Positions 12,350 through 23,730 of a stretch of DNA of 64,000 nucleotides are shown here, piece after piece (position 1 is the stretch's first letter; every line of letters begins with the position of its first letter). Under the pieces are notes generated by a model that had not been told where the DNA came from, made no database searches, and saw only the letters and a program-made list of their open reading frames with translations. The stretch lies in NCBI RefSeq assembly GCF_902713615.1, contig NW_024055431.1, forward strand, positions 62,001 to 126,000. The letters run 5' to 3'. The translations under genes were made by a program, and so were the position numbers. The stretch is from Scyliorhinus canicula. Lineage: Eukaryota.

Positions 12350-13080
12350 AATCAGCGAGGGAATGTCTGGAACGAGAGAGAAAGAGAGAATTGGGGCGAG
12401 ACATGATCACGAGAGGTTCCCACATGTGTCTGTTGGCCCGGGATTGGGGAGAGCCGGAGGATAGTTCAGAGAGTCGGGAGAAAGCGCCGGAGCCGGGAGA
12501 AAGCGCCGGAGCCGGGAGAAAGAACAAGGAGGCAGGGAAAGGGCAGGAAAGGGGGTGGTGGGGAGGAGGGGGGCAAGCACAGAGATGTGGGAGCCAGGGG
12601 AGAGATTCTGCGGAAAGCTCAGGGAGCCGTCGCAAAGGACAGAGAGCTGGAAGAAAGCGGAGAGAGCAGGGGAAAGGTGCCGAGAGCCGGTGGAAGGTGC
12701 AGAGAGCTGAGAGAATTGCAGTGATCGGGAAGAAACTCAGCAAAGAGTGGGCGATAAGCGGTAAGAGTCCGCGCATAATAATGGCAAAAAACTGAAAGAA
12801 CCGCGGAAAGTACCAGGAACCGGGGCAAACTCCAAAGAACGGGAAAAATGAAGAGCGCATGGACAAAGCAGAACGAGATGGAGGAAAGTGCGGAGAGACA
12901 AAGGAAAAGGCAGAGATGTCGGGGAAAGCCGGAGAGCCGTCTAAAAGAGCAGACAGCTGAAAGAAAGTGAAGGGAGCAGGGGAAAGGTGCAGAGATCCAG
13001 CGGAATGGCAGAGAGATGGGGGAACGAACAGAGAGCGCGGGGCGGGGTGCGGGGGATTGCAGACAGCCCGGTCTCAGTGA
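12350..13080 (+). repeat. Purine/G-rich low-complexity tract
   Basis: GGGAGAAAGCGCCGGAGCC duplicated near 12476-12520; AG(A/G)GAGCAGGGGAAAGGTGC at ~12661 and ~12970. Confidence 0.75.
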
Positions 13081-13096
13081 CAGGCGGAATGCTGTT

Positions 13097-13386
13097 GATT
13101 GTTACGTGCACAGCTCAGTTTGCTGGATTGTGACGTACACAGCTCAGTTAGCTGGATTGTGACGTGCACAGCTCAGTTAGCTGGATTGTGACGTACACAG
13201 CTCAGTTAGCTGGATTGTGACGTACACAGCTCAGTTAGCTGGATTGTGACGTACACAGCTCAGTTAGCTGGATTGTGCCGTACACAGCTCAGTTAGCTGG
13301 ATTGTGACGTACACAGCTCAGTTAGCTGGATTATGACGTACACAGCTCAGTTAGCTGGATTATGACGTCCACAGCTCAGTCAGCTG
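13097..13386. repeat. 10 x 29-bp AGCT-rich tandem array
   Basis: Unit GATTGTGACGTACACAGCTCAGTTAGCTG; 19 AGCT motifs counted; TGACGT in 8 of 10 units. Confidence 0.95.
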
Positions 13387-13470
13387 GACGGCTGGTTCGT
13401 GATGAAGAGCGATCCCAGCAGCGCGGGTTCAATTGCTGCACCGGCTGAGGGTGTTCATAAAGAACCCCAG
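13372..13470 (+). mobile_element. tRNA-derived SINE head (second family) contiguous with the last array unit
   Basis: AGCTCAGTCAGCTGGACGGCTGGTTCGTGATGAAGAGCGA...GGGTTCAATT aligns with the SINE at ~28983-29200. Confidence 0.8.
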
Positions 13471-13817
13471 GACTATGGCGGGGTTTTACATTTTGGAGAA
13501 CATGATGGCTAAAATAATGGGAAAAATCATCCGCTCTTCGCTTTCAATCCAATGAAATTTACATCATTCTGATTACATCAAAATGTTGTTTTTTTGCCAG
13601 GTGATATGGACTGAGAAAAATATGTAAGTTTCCAATGAGGGGCCAAACAGGTGGTGATTCTCAAATGATCGAACTAATAGAAGCTGAAATGTGGATGGAG
13701 CATTTATTGGGAAAATGTTGGAATAAACGCATCATTCTCGTGAATTTTAGAAATGTTTGGTTGCTTAATAAATACAATCCCAGAGTCTAACTTGTTGAAT
13801 GGGCCATTCTCTCCCAG

Positions 13818-14117
13818 CGACACCGTCTCCGCCCACTCTCTACAGCCTGGTCTCCTCCTGTCAGCAACACAACACCGACGGCTCCGTAACCGTTGGCTGT
13901 TTAGCGATGGACTACTCCCCAGAAATCACCAGCCTTACCTGGAAGAAAGATGGGCAGCTGATCACCACTGGAGTTAAGAAATACCCGTCAGTGAGAAACA
14001 AAAAGGGAACCTACACCCTGAGCAGCCAGTTAACCATCACCGAGTCAGAGGGGGAATGCAACAAAATCAGCTGTGAGGTTCGACACAGCGGCTCAGACAA
14101 GAGCATTGAAATTAAAT
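13818..14117 (+). CDS. IGHM: IgM CH1 exon
   Basis: CCCAG acceptor; [14 protein letters not shown]...GCLAMDYSP...WKK...CEV; GTAAG donor at 14118. Confidence 0.96.
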
Positions 14118-14315
14118 GTAAGTGTTGTAGAAACTGTGAGAAACAGACGTTTGATTACTTTATTTAAATCTTTGGTCATAACACATTGATGGTTCTCTGC
14201 ACAGTTCTGATTCCTGCGAGAAATAGTGATCACAGAGAAACTGTTAAAATATAATTAAACATTTTATTCGTCACAACATCTTCTTCAAGAAATGTCTAAC
14301 TTGTGTTTCTTGAAG

Positions 14316-14627
14316 GTCCTCCACCTGACATCCATCCAAATGTTCTCCTCACCGTGAGTTCCAGTGAAGAGATCTCAAGCAAGAAATTTGTAACCATCGT
14401 CTGTTCAATCAACGATTTCAGTCCAAAGTCAATCACGGTGAAATGGCTGAAGAATGGACAACCCATGGATTCAGGAATTATCACCTCTCCCGCCTGTGAA
14501 GTGAACGGGAATTTCTCAGCGAGCAGTCGGCTGACAGTCTCCGCTGGGGAATGGTTCAGCAAAGCGGTCTATACCTGCCAGGTCACTCATCAAGAGGTCA
14601 CCCAAAGTCACAACATCACCGCGTCTG
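14316..14627 (+). CDS. IGHM: IgM CH2 exon
   Basis: TGAAG acceptor; (C)PPPDIHP...[20 protein letters not shown]...YTCQVTH; GTAAG donor at 14628. Confidence 0.96.
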
Positions 14628-15266
14628 GTAAGAGACACAAACAGAGGAAACAGTAAATCATCCTGCATTCTGATGTTAATCAAAATCAGGAATTTACTGG
14701 AGTTAGTACAAAGCACAGAATAACTTCTAATTTACTGCCATGTAGTTTGTGTTTCATTCTGATGTAAGAGCTGCATTAGGATTGCTCACCATTCAGGATT
14801 TGATCAGTATAGAAATAAATGTTTCCCTCTAACTTGAAGTAATTTAGGGAGTCAGATGGATTTGATATCAGCTTTATCCTGAGACAACTGATTAAATTGC
14901 TGAGGCAATGGCTGTCTGGAACCCTTTACTGAAACCAGCTCGGGACGAAGATTTTGGAAAGTTCATCCAACCTATTTATAAATCAGCCTTCGGCATTAGG
15001 TTTCTGAGATCAGGACCGGAATATTTGTATTGGGAATGCTGCAATACTGATTCATTAGAATGGTTTCGAGGCTGACTGTATTTCAAAATGAGAATAGTTT
15101 TCACAAACCAAACTGGTGTTCCATTGTGTATAGAAGATTGAAAGGCGATCATTAGAGGTTCTTATTTCGAAGTTGATTTATTCCCATTGAGTGAGTGAAG
15201 GCTGAATCCTGCTGTCCTGATTCTGAAGATGAAACTTGGGTTGATTTCCATGTTTTTCATTCACAG

Positions 15267-15575
15267 ATCCTTCCGGTTGCTCTTACGCCTCAGTAACAAT
15301 ACTGCCACCACCAATAGAACAGGTCTTACTGGAGGCGACTGTAACCTTAACCTGCGTCATTTCGAATGGTCCTTATGGAGTCAACGTGTCCTGGAGTGAA
15401 GCGAAGAAGCCGCTGAAATCAGAGATTGCCGACCAGCCTGGGGCAGATACTGAGAGCGTGGTCAGCAAATTGAACATCTCGACACAAGCCTGGCTGAGTG
15501 GGGCTGTGTTTGACTGTGTGGCGAGCCATCAGGACCTGCCAACTCCTTTAAGAATTTCAATCCACAAAAAAATAG
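15267..15575 (+). CDS. IGHM: IgM CH3 exon
   Basis: CACAG acceptor; (D)[29 protein letters not shown]...W...[11 protein letters not shown]; GTGAG donor at 15576. Confidence 0.95.
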
Positions 15576-15789
15576 GTGAGCGGTGAGACTGAAGCAATAA
15601 TTGAGCCATTGTGTCTATTTCTAGTGTCAGTGCAGCGGTCAGTATTTAGCATTCAGTGTATTTATGGTCCATTCTGATTGGTAATTCCACTAATTAAATA
15701 CTCTGGGCGTTTAGAGTTTAGGGGGGGGATTGATATGCAGATGAATGAACAATGAATTGAAAACAGCGATATTGGGTTTAGATGGAGCA

Positions 15790-17230
15790 AGACCATAGAC
15801 CACAGGACTTAGGAGCAGATGTAGGCCATTGGGCCCATCAACACTGATCCAGCCTTCAGTGAGATCATGACTGATCTGATGTGATAATCTTCAACTCCTC
15901 TTTCCCGCCTTATCCCCATATCTCTTGAGGCCTTTACTGATTTAAAATATGTCTCTCTCAACATTGAACGTACTGAACAACCCAGAATCTACAGCCCCCG
16001 GGTTAAATAATTCCACAGCTTCACTACCCTCTGAGAGAGGAAATCCCTTCTCATCTCTGTCTTAAATAGGCGGACCCTTACTTTGTGATCATATACTCGG
16101 CTCCGAGATGCTCCCACAAGGGAAAACAACCTCTCAGCATCTATCCTAAGAAGCTCCCTGAGAATGTTTCATGTCTCAATTAGGCCGCCTTCATTCTTCT
16201 AAACTCCAATAAGTACAGCCCAGCCTACTTAACCTCTCCCCATAAGAAAATCCTTCCATACTCGGGATCAACCTCGTGATCCTTCTCTGGACTGCCTTCA
16301 AAACCAATCTGTCTTCCTTAGGTAAAGGCACCAAAACGATTCAAAGTATATCAGGTGTAGACTAACTAATGCCTTGCATAATTTGAGCTAGACGTCAACA
16401 TGCTTATATTCTATTCCATTTGAAATAAATGTCCACATTCAATTTGTCTCCATATTACCAGCAGAACTTGCTTTTTGTGGTTTCTGCACGAGGAACCCCA
16501 ATTCCCCCGTTACTTAAGCTTTCGACAGTCCTTCTACATCTAAAACATATTCCGTTATGTTCTTCCCCCTACCGAAGTTTCAAACCTCACATTTTCCTAC
16601 ATCATATTCCATCTGCTAAGTTTTTACTCGGTAACTTACGCTGTCTCTGTTCCTCTGTGGATTTTCTGTAATCCTCACCACTTGCCTTTCTACCTATTTT
16701 TGTCATCTGCAAACGTGGGAAACGTACATACATTTATTAAACACAGTTTTGAAATTCATGTATATTACATCTACTGGTCCTCCTCTCTCTCGCCTTCTCG
16801 TTATCACCTCAAATAAGGGCACTAAATTTGTCAAGAAATGATTTCCCCTTCACGAAGCCGTGCTGACTCTGTTTGATCATATTGTGTATTTCTAAATGCT
16901 CAGCTATTGGATCCGTAATAATGGACTCGAACCGTTTTCCACTGACAGATGTTAAGGTCCCTGGCCTATAGTTACCTGTTTTTGTCTCCCTCCCTTTAGA
17001 ATAAAGGTGTTACATTGGCAGTTTTCCAATCCTCTTGGGGTAAGGTGGGAGGAGCCTGATGTGGAGCTTAGACACCAGCACAGAACAGTTGGGCCGAATG
17101 GCCTTTTCCCTGCTGTACACTTTCGGAAACTTTCGAATCCAATATCCGTAAATTCTCAGGGAAAAGGATTGTGTCCACCTCTGCTCCGAGCTGGGAAACC
17201 GGACAGATCCCAAAGTGGAAAATGGAAACC
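15790..17230 (-). mobile_element. CR1/HER1-like LINE fragments in the CH3-CH4 intron
   Basis: Antisense CR1-type 3' tail plus an RT remnant (GNYRPGTLTSV-like) near 16940-16980. Confidence 0.7.
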
Positions 17231-17332
17231 TTTATAATCCAACACAAAACACATTTCTCCCACATCTAACCCGCGGTTCCATTGTCTCCAGAATTCCCCA
17301 TTTTATTGACATTTATTGTACATTTTCTGCAG

Positions 17333-17724
17333 ATCCCAATCCGCGGGAACCGTCCGTCTCTGTCCTCCTGCCCTCGGCTGAAGACGTCTCCGCTCAGAGA
17401 TTCGTCTCCCTCAGCTGCTTAGTGAGAGGTTTCTCCCCCCGAGAGATCTTCGTCAAGTGGACCGTCAATGACAAGCCGGTGAATCCCGGGAACTACAAGA
17501 ACACCGAGGTGATGGCGGAGAACGGCAATAGCTCCTTCTTCATGTACAGCCTGTTATCCATTGCAGCGGAGGAGTGGGCCAGCGGCGCTTCTTACTCCTG
17601 TGTGGTGGGGCATGAAGCCATCCCCTTGAAGATCATCAACAGAACGGTTGATAAATCCAGCGGTAAACCCAGTTTTGTGAACATTTCCCTTGCTCTGATG
17701 GACACCGTTAATTCATGTCAATGA
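17333..17724 (+). CDS. IGHM: IgM CH4 exon plus secretory tailpiece ([20 protein letters not shown])
   Basis: TGCAG acceptor; C1-set motifs; internal donor G|GTAAAC at 17663 for TM splicing; penultimate Cys and NIS sequon. Confidence 0.97.
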
Positions 17725-17747
17725 GAATCTATTGCATTTCGAACTCA

Positions 17748-17762
17748 AATAAAAATAATAAA
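17748..17762 (+). terminator. Secretory-form poly(A) signals (two AATAAA)
   Basis: AATAAA at 17748-17753 and 17757-17762. Confidence 0.85.
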
Positions 17763-18165
17763 GGTTCTTTCCTCCAATTGTGATTTAAATGTACAGTCGC
17801 TTAATTAATGGTGCTTCCACTTTGCTGATATTAGATCTGTTCAATGAGACCCGGATTTCTACAGGTCTCAGCCCCAAGTCTGATACAACCAGAGCTCCCA
17901 GCTCAGATACACCCTGGGTTAGAGACAGAGCAAAACTCATTCATTCCAGGATTCAGCAAAATATCTTCATTGACTTTCCTCCCGCTGAGGAGAAATCGGA
18001 CAATTCCCCATTTCAGACAAACAAACCCATCACATTTAGATCTCGGTGTTCCTGCTTCTCTCATTGTCCATCCCTTTAAAATTAATGTCAGCTTTAAGTT
18101 GCTGTAACACACCCACTGGGAACTGAATTGAGGGTCACACAGAAACATGGACCGAAAATCCCCAG

Positions 18166-18960
18166 TGAAAGAGAGGGGAGGGGCTTTAGTTAATCCACTG
18201 TACCCCCACTTCCACAATAGAGAGAGGGGGAGGGGCATTAGTTAATCCACTGTACCCCCACTTCACCAATAGAGAGAGGGGGAGGGGCATTAGTTAATGC
18301 ACTGTAACCCCAATTCCCCAATAGAGAGAGAGGGAGGGGCATTAGTTAATCCACTGTCTCCCCACTTCCCCAACAAAGAGAGGGGAGGGGTTTTAGTTAA
18401 TCCACTGTACCCCCACTTCCACAATTGAGAGAGGGGAGGGGCATTAGTTAATGCACCGTACCCCCACTTCACCAATAGAGAGAGGGGCAGGGGCATTAGT
18501 TATTCCACTGTACCCCCACTTCACCAATAGAGAGAGGGGCAGGGGCATTAGTTAATCCACTGGACCCCACTTCACCAACAGAGAGAGGGGGGGCTTTAGT
18601 TAATCCACTGTACCCCACTTCACCAACAGAGAGGGGGAGGGGCATTAGTTAAACCACTGTCTCCCACTTCCCCAACAAAGAGAGGGGGAGGGGCTTTAGT
18701 TAATCCACCATAACCCAATTCCACAACAAAGAGGGGGAGGGGCATTACTTAATGCACTGTACCCCCACTTCCCCAACAGGGAGAGGGGGAGGGGCTTTAG
18801 TTAACGCACTGTTCCTCCACTTGCCCAACAAAGAATCGGTGGGGGCCTGAGTTAATCCACTGTACACCCGCTTCCAACAATGAGATGGGGATGGGCATTA
18901 TTTAATCCACTGTACCCACACTTCCCCAACAAAGAGAGCAAAGGGGCAATAATAACCCAC
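18166..18960. repeat. About 15-16 x 52-bp minisatellite
   Basis: Unit TAGTTAATCCACTGTACCCCCACTTCACCAATAGAGAGAGGGGGAGGGGCAT, decaying toward the 3' end. Confidence 0.92.
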
Positions 18961-19459
18961 TTTACCTCCACTTTCCCAACCATAAGAGGAGGAAGGTGAT
19001 GAGTGAACTCTCTGTATCTCCACCTCCAGCAGGGAGAACCCAAAGGCAATTTGCTGAGCTGACCAGAGCGAGGGAGATTATTAACTCAATATATTCCCAG
19101 TCCCCAAGCAGGGAGTTTGGAAGTAAACGGTTCTCCAGACTAAGAATTCAGTTACTGACATTACAAGACGGCATGTAGCTTACTGGCTGAAGGGGTTAAA
19201 AGACCATCATGATCAAGATGTATTTTTTAGCACCCCGTTCCTCTTATCCGTCTGCTAAGACCGATTCCCCATAATCCAAATCCAGACTGGTGATTGAATT
19301 CTCCCTGGGTTTTCACTGTTCTCTCCTGAGGCGCCTCCTTGTATTTTTGCATTAGGTCACCTGATGTCAGCTTGCAACTTACACAAAACACATTTATATG
19401 CAGAAAGTTCAACATATTCTACATCGGTATCAATAATACCCATAACTGGCAAAGCTACA

Positions 19460-20100
19460 GGCAGCTGATACAGATACACAGACAGATAAACAGACACAGA
19501 CACTACACACACATGCACACAGACCCACAGACACTACACATGCATGCACATAGACCCACAAACACACACACGCGCACACGTAGGCACAAACACACACATA
19601 GACACACACATAGAAACAGATGCATAAACATACACCCAGGCACAACGAACCACACATATTTTGATACAAAAACACACGCAAACGTGCGCAAAAATTCACA
19701 AGCATGCACATAAACACAAAAAAACACACGTTTATACACACACAGACACACGTTCACATCTACACATACACACACAAATCCACACACACACACGGCTACA
19801 CAAATGTACACAGACACATACAACCACATGTCCACACAGATACACAAACATATAAAACCAGACAAGCAGGCTGACAGAAGAATATGAAACAGAAATGTAA
19901 CCAATTACATGTACACTAGCAGAATTTCACGATGACAGAAATATTTCCATTCAAATAGAGACAATAATCCACATTAACACACTAATGGGCTCACGTAGAC
20001 ACATATTAGCAGACTTGTACACACGCTAACACAAACACATATGAATACACATAGAATCATCAATACACAACAATAGATAGTTATAAACAACCATCAACGC
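19460..20100. repeat. CA-rich low-complexity tract (also ~20440-20820)
   Basis: Direct inspection. Confidence 0.85.
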
Positions 20101-20415
20101 ATAAATAGCACTGCTATCTCACAGCGCCATAACCCCGGGTTCAATTCCAGCCTTGGGTGATTGTGTGGAGTTCCCACGTTCTCTCGTGTCTGTTCCTGTT
20201 TCCTCTGGGTGCTCTGGTTTCCTCCCACAGTCCAAAGATGTGCAGGTTCGGTGGATTGGCCAGGCTATATTACCCCTTAGTGCCCACAACGTTAGGTGGG
20301 GATACGATGTTCTGGGGACAGGGCAGGGGCATGCGTCCAGGTAGGGTGCTCTTTCGGATGGTTGGTGCAGACTCAATGGGCCGAATAGCCTCGTTTGGCA
20401 CAGTCGGGATTATCC
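20100..20415 (+). mobile_element. HE1-like SINE
   Basis: GGTTCAATTCC B-box, GGTTTCCTCCCACAGTCCAAAGATGTGC core, CR1-type tail. Confidence 0.8.
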
Positions 20416-20827
20416 GATGATGATTCTATGATGAAATACACGCATCAACAAACACACACACACACAAACGTACTTATCCAGACACAAACATTAAGACACT
20501 GACATGCATGTTGAATGTATAAAGACACATTAACACTTTTATTACTGGGCAGGGGAGTATAAACTTATACTAACACAGGCATTAATATATAAACATAGAT
20601 TTCACCACACAAACACACACAATAAAACACTCATATATACACATTGACTTAAGATAAATTTACACACAGGCGCTGACACACAAATACACAGATCAATACT
20701 CATTGACACAGGAACACACACAATGACACTTACAAAGACATCGGGACACACAAATGAAGAGTAAAGAAACACGAATTTCGCATCTACACAGACACAAAAG
20801 CGAGAGAACAAACACAGACGTCAGGCA

Positions 20828-21000
20828 AGGGGGGCACGGTGACGCAATGGTTAGCACTGCTGCCTCAGGATCCCGCTCCTGGGTCTCTGTCCCAGTGGAG
20901 TATACCCGTGACCCGTGGGTCTCACCCCGACAACCCAAAGATGTGCAGGCTAGGTGGATTGGCCATGTTAAATTGCCCCTTAATTGGAAGAAAAAAGTTA
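20828..21000 (+). mobile_element. HE1-like SINE (short-tail subfamily)
   Basis: GGGGCACGGTGACGCAATGGTTAGCACTG head and conserved core. Confidence 0.75.
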
Positions 21001-21161
21001 GAGAGATCGATTTCCGAGTGTCATGAACTCAACATTAGATATGCAATGACAAATATATTAAAGAATGAATTAGCAGAGGGAGAAAATGAAACAAGAATAT
21101 TAAAAACAAAACGTGTATTAACAAACAATCTGATTATATTTATTGGGCTGTATCCCCGTAG

Positions 21162-21289
21162 ATACCACAGACCACACCTGGACTGAAGACGATGAGGATG
21201 ATAACGGGAACATCTGGACAACCGCTTCCACATTCATCACCCTGTTCTTCCTGAGCATTTCCTACAGCGCTGCAGTCACTCTGGTGAAG
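21162..21289 (+). CDS. IGHM: IgM TM1 exon
   Basis: CGTAG acceptor; (D)TTDHTWTEDDEDDNGNIWTTASTFITLFFLSISYSAAVTLVK with the conserved antigen-receptor TM motif; GTGAG donor at 21290. Confidence 0.96.
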
Positions 21290-21426
21290 GTGAGAAGATT
21301 CAATCCACTCACACTTCAAACTGACAGGTGTTTAAAAACATCTCTAAATGTTTGATTGATTAAAAACTCTAACATCAATGTCCCAATCATAAACATCTGC
21401 TTCATAATTTTCTCTCTCTTTTACAG

Positions 21427-21435
21427 ATCAAGTGA
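21427..21435 (+). CDS. IGHM: IgM TM2 exon (IK*)
   Basis: Polypyrimidine tract and TTACAG, then ATC AAG TGA. Confidence 0.88.
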   Translation: MK

Positions 21436-21844
21436 TCGGTTGACGTTCGGACGCTGTAGATTTTCCTCAGCTGTTTATTATGATCTGTGTGTGACAGAAA
21501 TACAATATCTCCTCTTGGTGTCTCTAACAGTAAAATTCTCTCAGTTTATTATTCTGCATCTGTAACTGAGACAATCATGGACAGTATTTCTGCTTTTCAG
21601 TTTAAAATGTACGCGATAATTTTGGCTGTAATGTAATTGTAACTAATAATTTCTTTCAATGTCATGTCTAAATAAGTAATTTATCTCGTATCTTGTTCAC
21701 AACAGTTGCCTTCCCTTTATGTTGAGCTCCTGTTCTCTCTCTCTTGTGCCTGTTACAGTTGTACATACATTTGGCAGCTCAGAAGGCATGTGTTCTGTTC
21801 TCACTGTGACCCTCAATCGTTATGTTCCCTTTTGTAAACATCAA

Positions 21845-21885
21845 AATAAAGTTTTGTGTAATATTTTCGCTGAAATTTTAATAAA
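21845..21885 (+). terminator. Membrane-form poly(A) signal candidates
   Basis: AATAAA at 21845-21850 and 21880-21885. Confidence 0.7.
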
Positions 21886-21989
21886 TATTGAATCAAAAAT
21901 GAAAAAATAAGACTAATCTGAACTCCTTTCTCTAAGGTCCATCGGCACTGATCCTTTTCCCCGATTATACAGTTTGCTCCCCTTTCCCA

Positions 21990-22245
21990 GACAGATATTT
22001 CTCACCAGTCCTGTCTGGGATGTGTCTGAACTCAAGGCCCCTCAGTGAAAGAGCCACCAAGCGGCCCATACGACACCTTGATCTTTGCCTTTTTATGGTA
22101 AACACCAGAGATATAATGCCAGCTGAAGAATTCCACAGATTCACTCCCATCTGATGGAAGAATGCTTCCTCGTCTCTGTCCTAAATTTGAGACTCCTTAC
22201 TCTTAGATTATGCCTCTGGCCCTAGACTCTCCCACAAGATGAAAC
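21990..22245 (-). mobile_element. CR1-like LINE 3' fragment
   Basis: Antisense ...GAATCTGTGGAATTC... CR1 RT C-terminal motif. Confidence 0.6.
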
Positions 22246-22256
22246 AAGATGATTTT

Positions 22257-22499
22257 TCAGGCTGTGTGACTGGTTAAAGCTCTTTCCACAGTCAGTTCAC
22301 TGGAACACTCCCACTCAGATGTGTGTGGGCCTCGGGGCTTTTCCAGTCACACTGATGTTTGAAATCTCTTCCCACAGTCCGAACAGACAAGCACATTGAC
22401 AGTTTGTGATATTTAGATCCTAATGAATTGAGTGCCTGTCAGATCTTGATGTTATATTTGGTTCGAGTTTCCCAGCTGCCAAACCTCCCGTTCTAATGC
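22257..22499 (-). pseudogene. C2H2 ZNF relic (5' part of the finger exon)
   Basis: Splice acceptor at 22500-22501; reverse complement matches 27348-27600 (GACTGTGGAAAGAGCTTTAACCAG). Confidence 0.75.
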
Positions 22500-23299
22500 C
22501 TGAAATAGAAGTTTACAAAAATGATCACTGTAAGAATGTGGTAGAAATTCACAACAGATCATTCTAGTTTCTATCGAACCTTCTTTCCCCTCTTGCTTTC
22601 CCCAAGCATGTGGTCCAGTCAAAATAAAAGACCAAAATCAGCTAGAAGTCCCAACAAAAGTGTAGGGAACCTTCCCAACTGAACCAGAATATTGTTCCCA
22701 GTGTCTCTGAAACACTCTGTCCGCTGAGGTATCCACTGGGTGTGGAAGGTGTCAAACATTCCGGTGGATACCACATGCTCCCCCTGCAGGGCCACTGGGA
22801 ATAGACAAGACCACGGAACAGAAGTCAGCAGCCCGAGTAACCACTAACACACCTCCATAATAACAATAATCTTTACTGTCACAAGTAGGCTTATATTAAC
22901 ACTGAAATGAAGTTACTGTGACAAATATTTAGTTAAACACGGACCTGAATAAGGAAACTTTGCAGCCACCTGTGAAGTTTAAGTGTTTCGTTGTGTCAGG
23001 ATGAACCAGCATTTGAGGAGAATGAACTTGAATTGATACAAAGATAAGCACGAGTGAGCATCGTAAACTGCTATTGCATCGGGGTGTTCTGGATCTCAGA
23101 GTTTTAACCCTGTAGTTAATTATCAGGGATGCAGTATAATAAACCCTGCACAAAGCAAATGTGTGTGTGAGAAGCATCTGAAGCACCAGGAACCAGCTGG
23201 ACCAACAGAGCTGAATGTCTCCCAATGCAGCCACAGGACTGAACGTATTCCAGCTTCCAAGCCCACCTCAGACCCAACCTCCTGGCTTTTCATCTACAA

Positions 23300-23730
23300 G
23301 AACGTTTGAGGACTTTGGGTCTGTACTCGTTGGGATTTAGAAGGGTGAGAGGGGATCTTATTGAAACTTACAAGATACTGCGAGGCCTGGATAGAGTGGG
23401 CATGGAGAGGATGTTTCCACTTGCAGCAAAAAATAGAACCAGAGGACACCATCTCATACTAAAGGGACGATCATTTGAAACAGATGAGGAAGAATTTCTT
23501 CAGCCAGAGGGTGGTGAATCTGTGGAACACTTTCCCGCAGAAGGCTGTGGAGGCCAATTCACTGAGTGTCTTTAAGACAGAGATAGATAGGTTCTTTATT
23601 AATAAGGGGATCACGGGTTATGGGGAGAAGGCAGGGGAATGGGGATGAAACAATATAAACCATGATTGAATGGCGGAGCAGACTCGATGAGCCAAATTGC
23701 CTAATTCTGCTCCCATGTCTTATGTCTTAT
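23300..23730 (+). mobile_element. CR1/HER1-like LINE 3' end
   Basis: LGLYSL..RRVRGDLIETYKILRGLDRV motif and CR1 tail. Confidence 0.85.

Noticed and set aside
5925-12795. Long His/Thr/Ser/Leu/Pro-rich ORFs (up to 401 aa)
   Set aside because: By-products of a G-poor tract that rarely forms stop codons; they lie inside the J-C intron and overlap in several frames.
13097-13386. CRISPR-like appearance of the 29-, 35-, 40- and 52-bp arrays
   Set aside because: Head-to-tail repeats with no unique spacers, no cas genes, and vertebrate DNA.
14040-14080. Extra Cys in CH1 (ECNKISC) as a novel disulfide
   Set aside because: Cannot be judged novel without an alignment; similar Cys patterns may be normal in shark Cmu1.
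22728-22772. GGTATCCACT...GGTGGATACC hairpin
   Set aside because: A 10-bp stem with bulges and no recognizable ncRNA boxes; plausible by chance in 64 kb.
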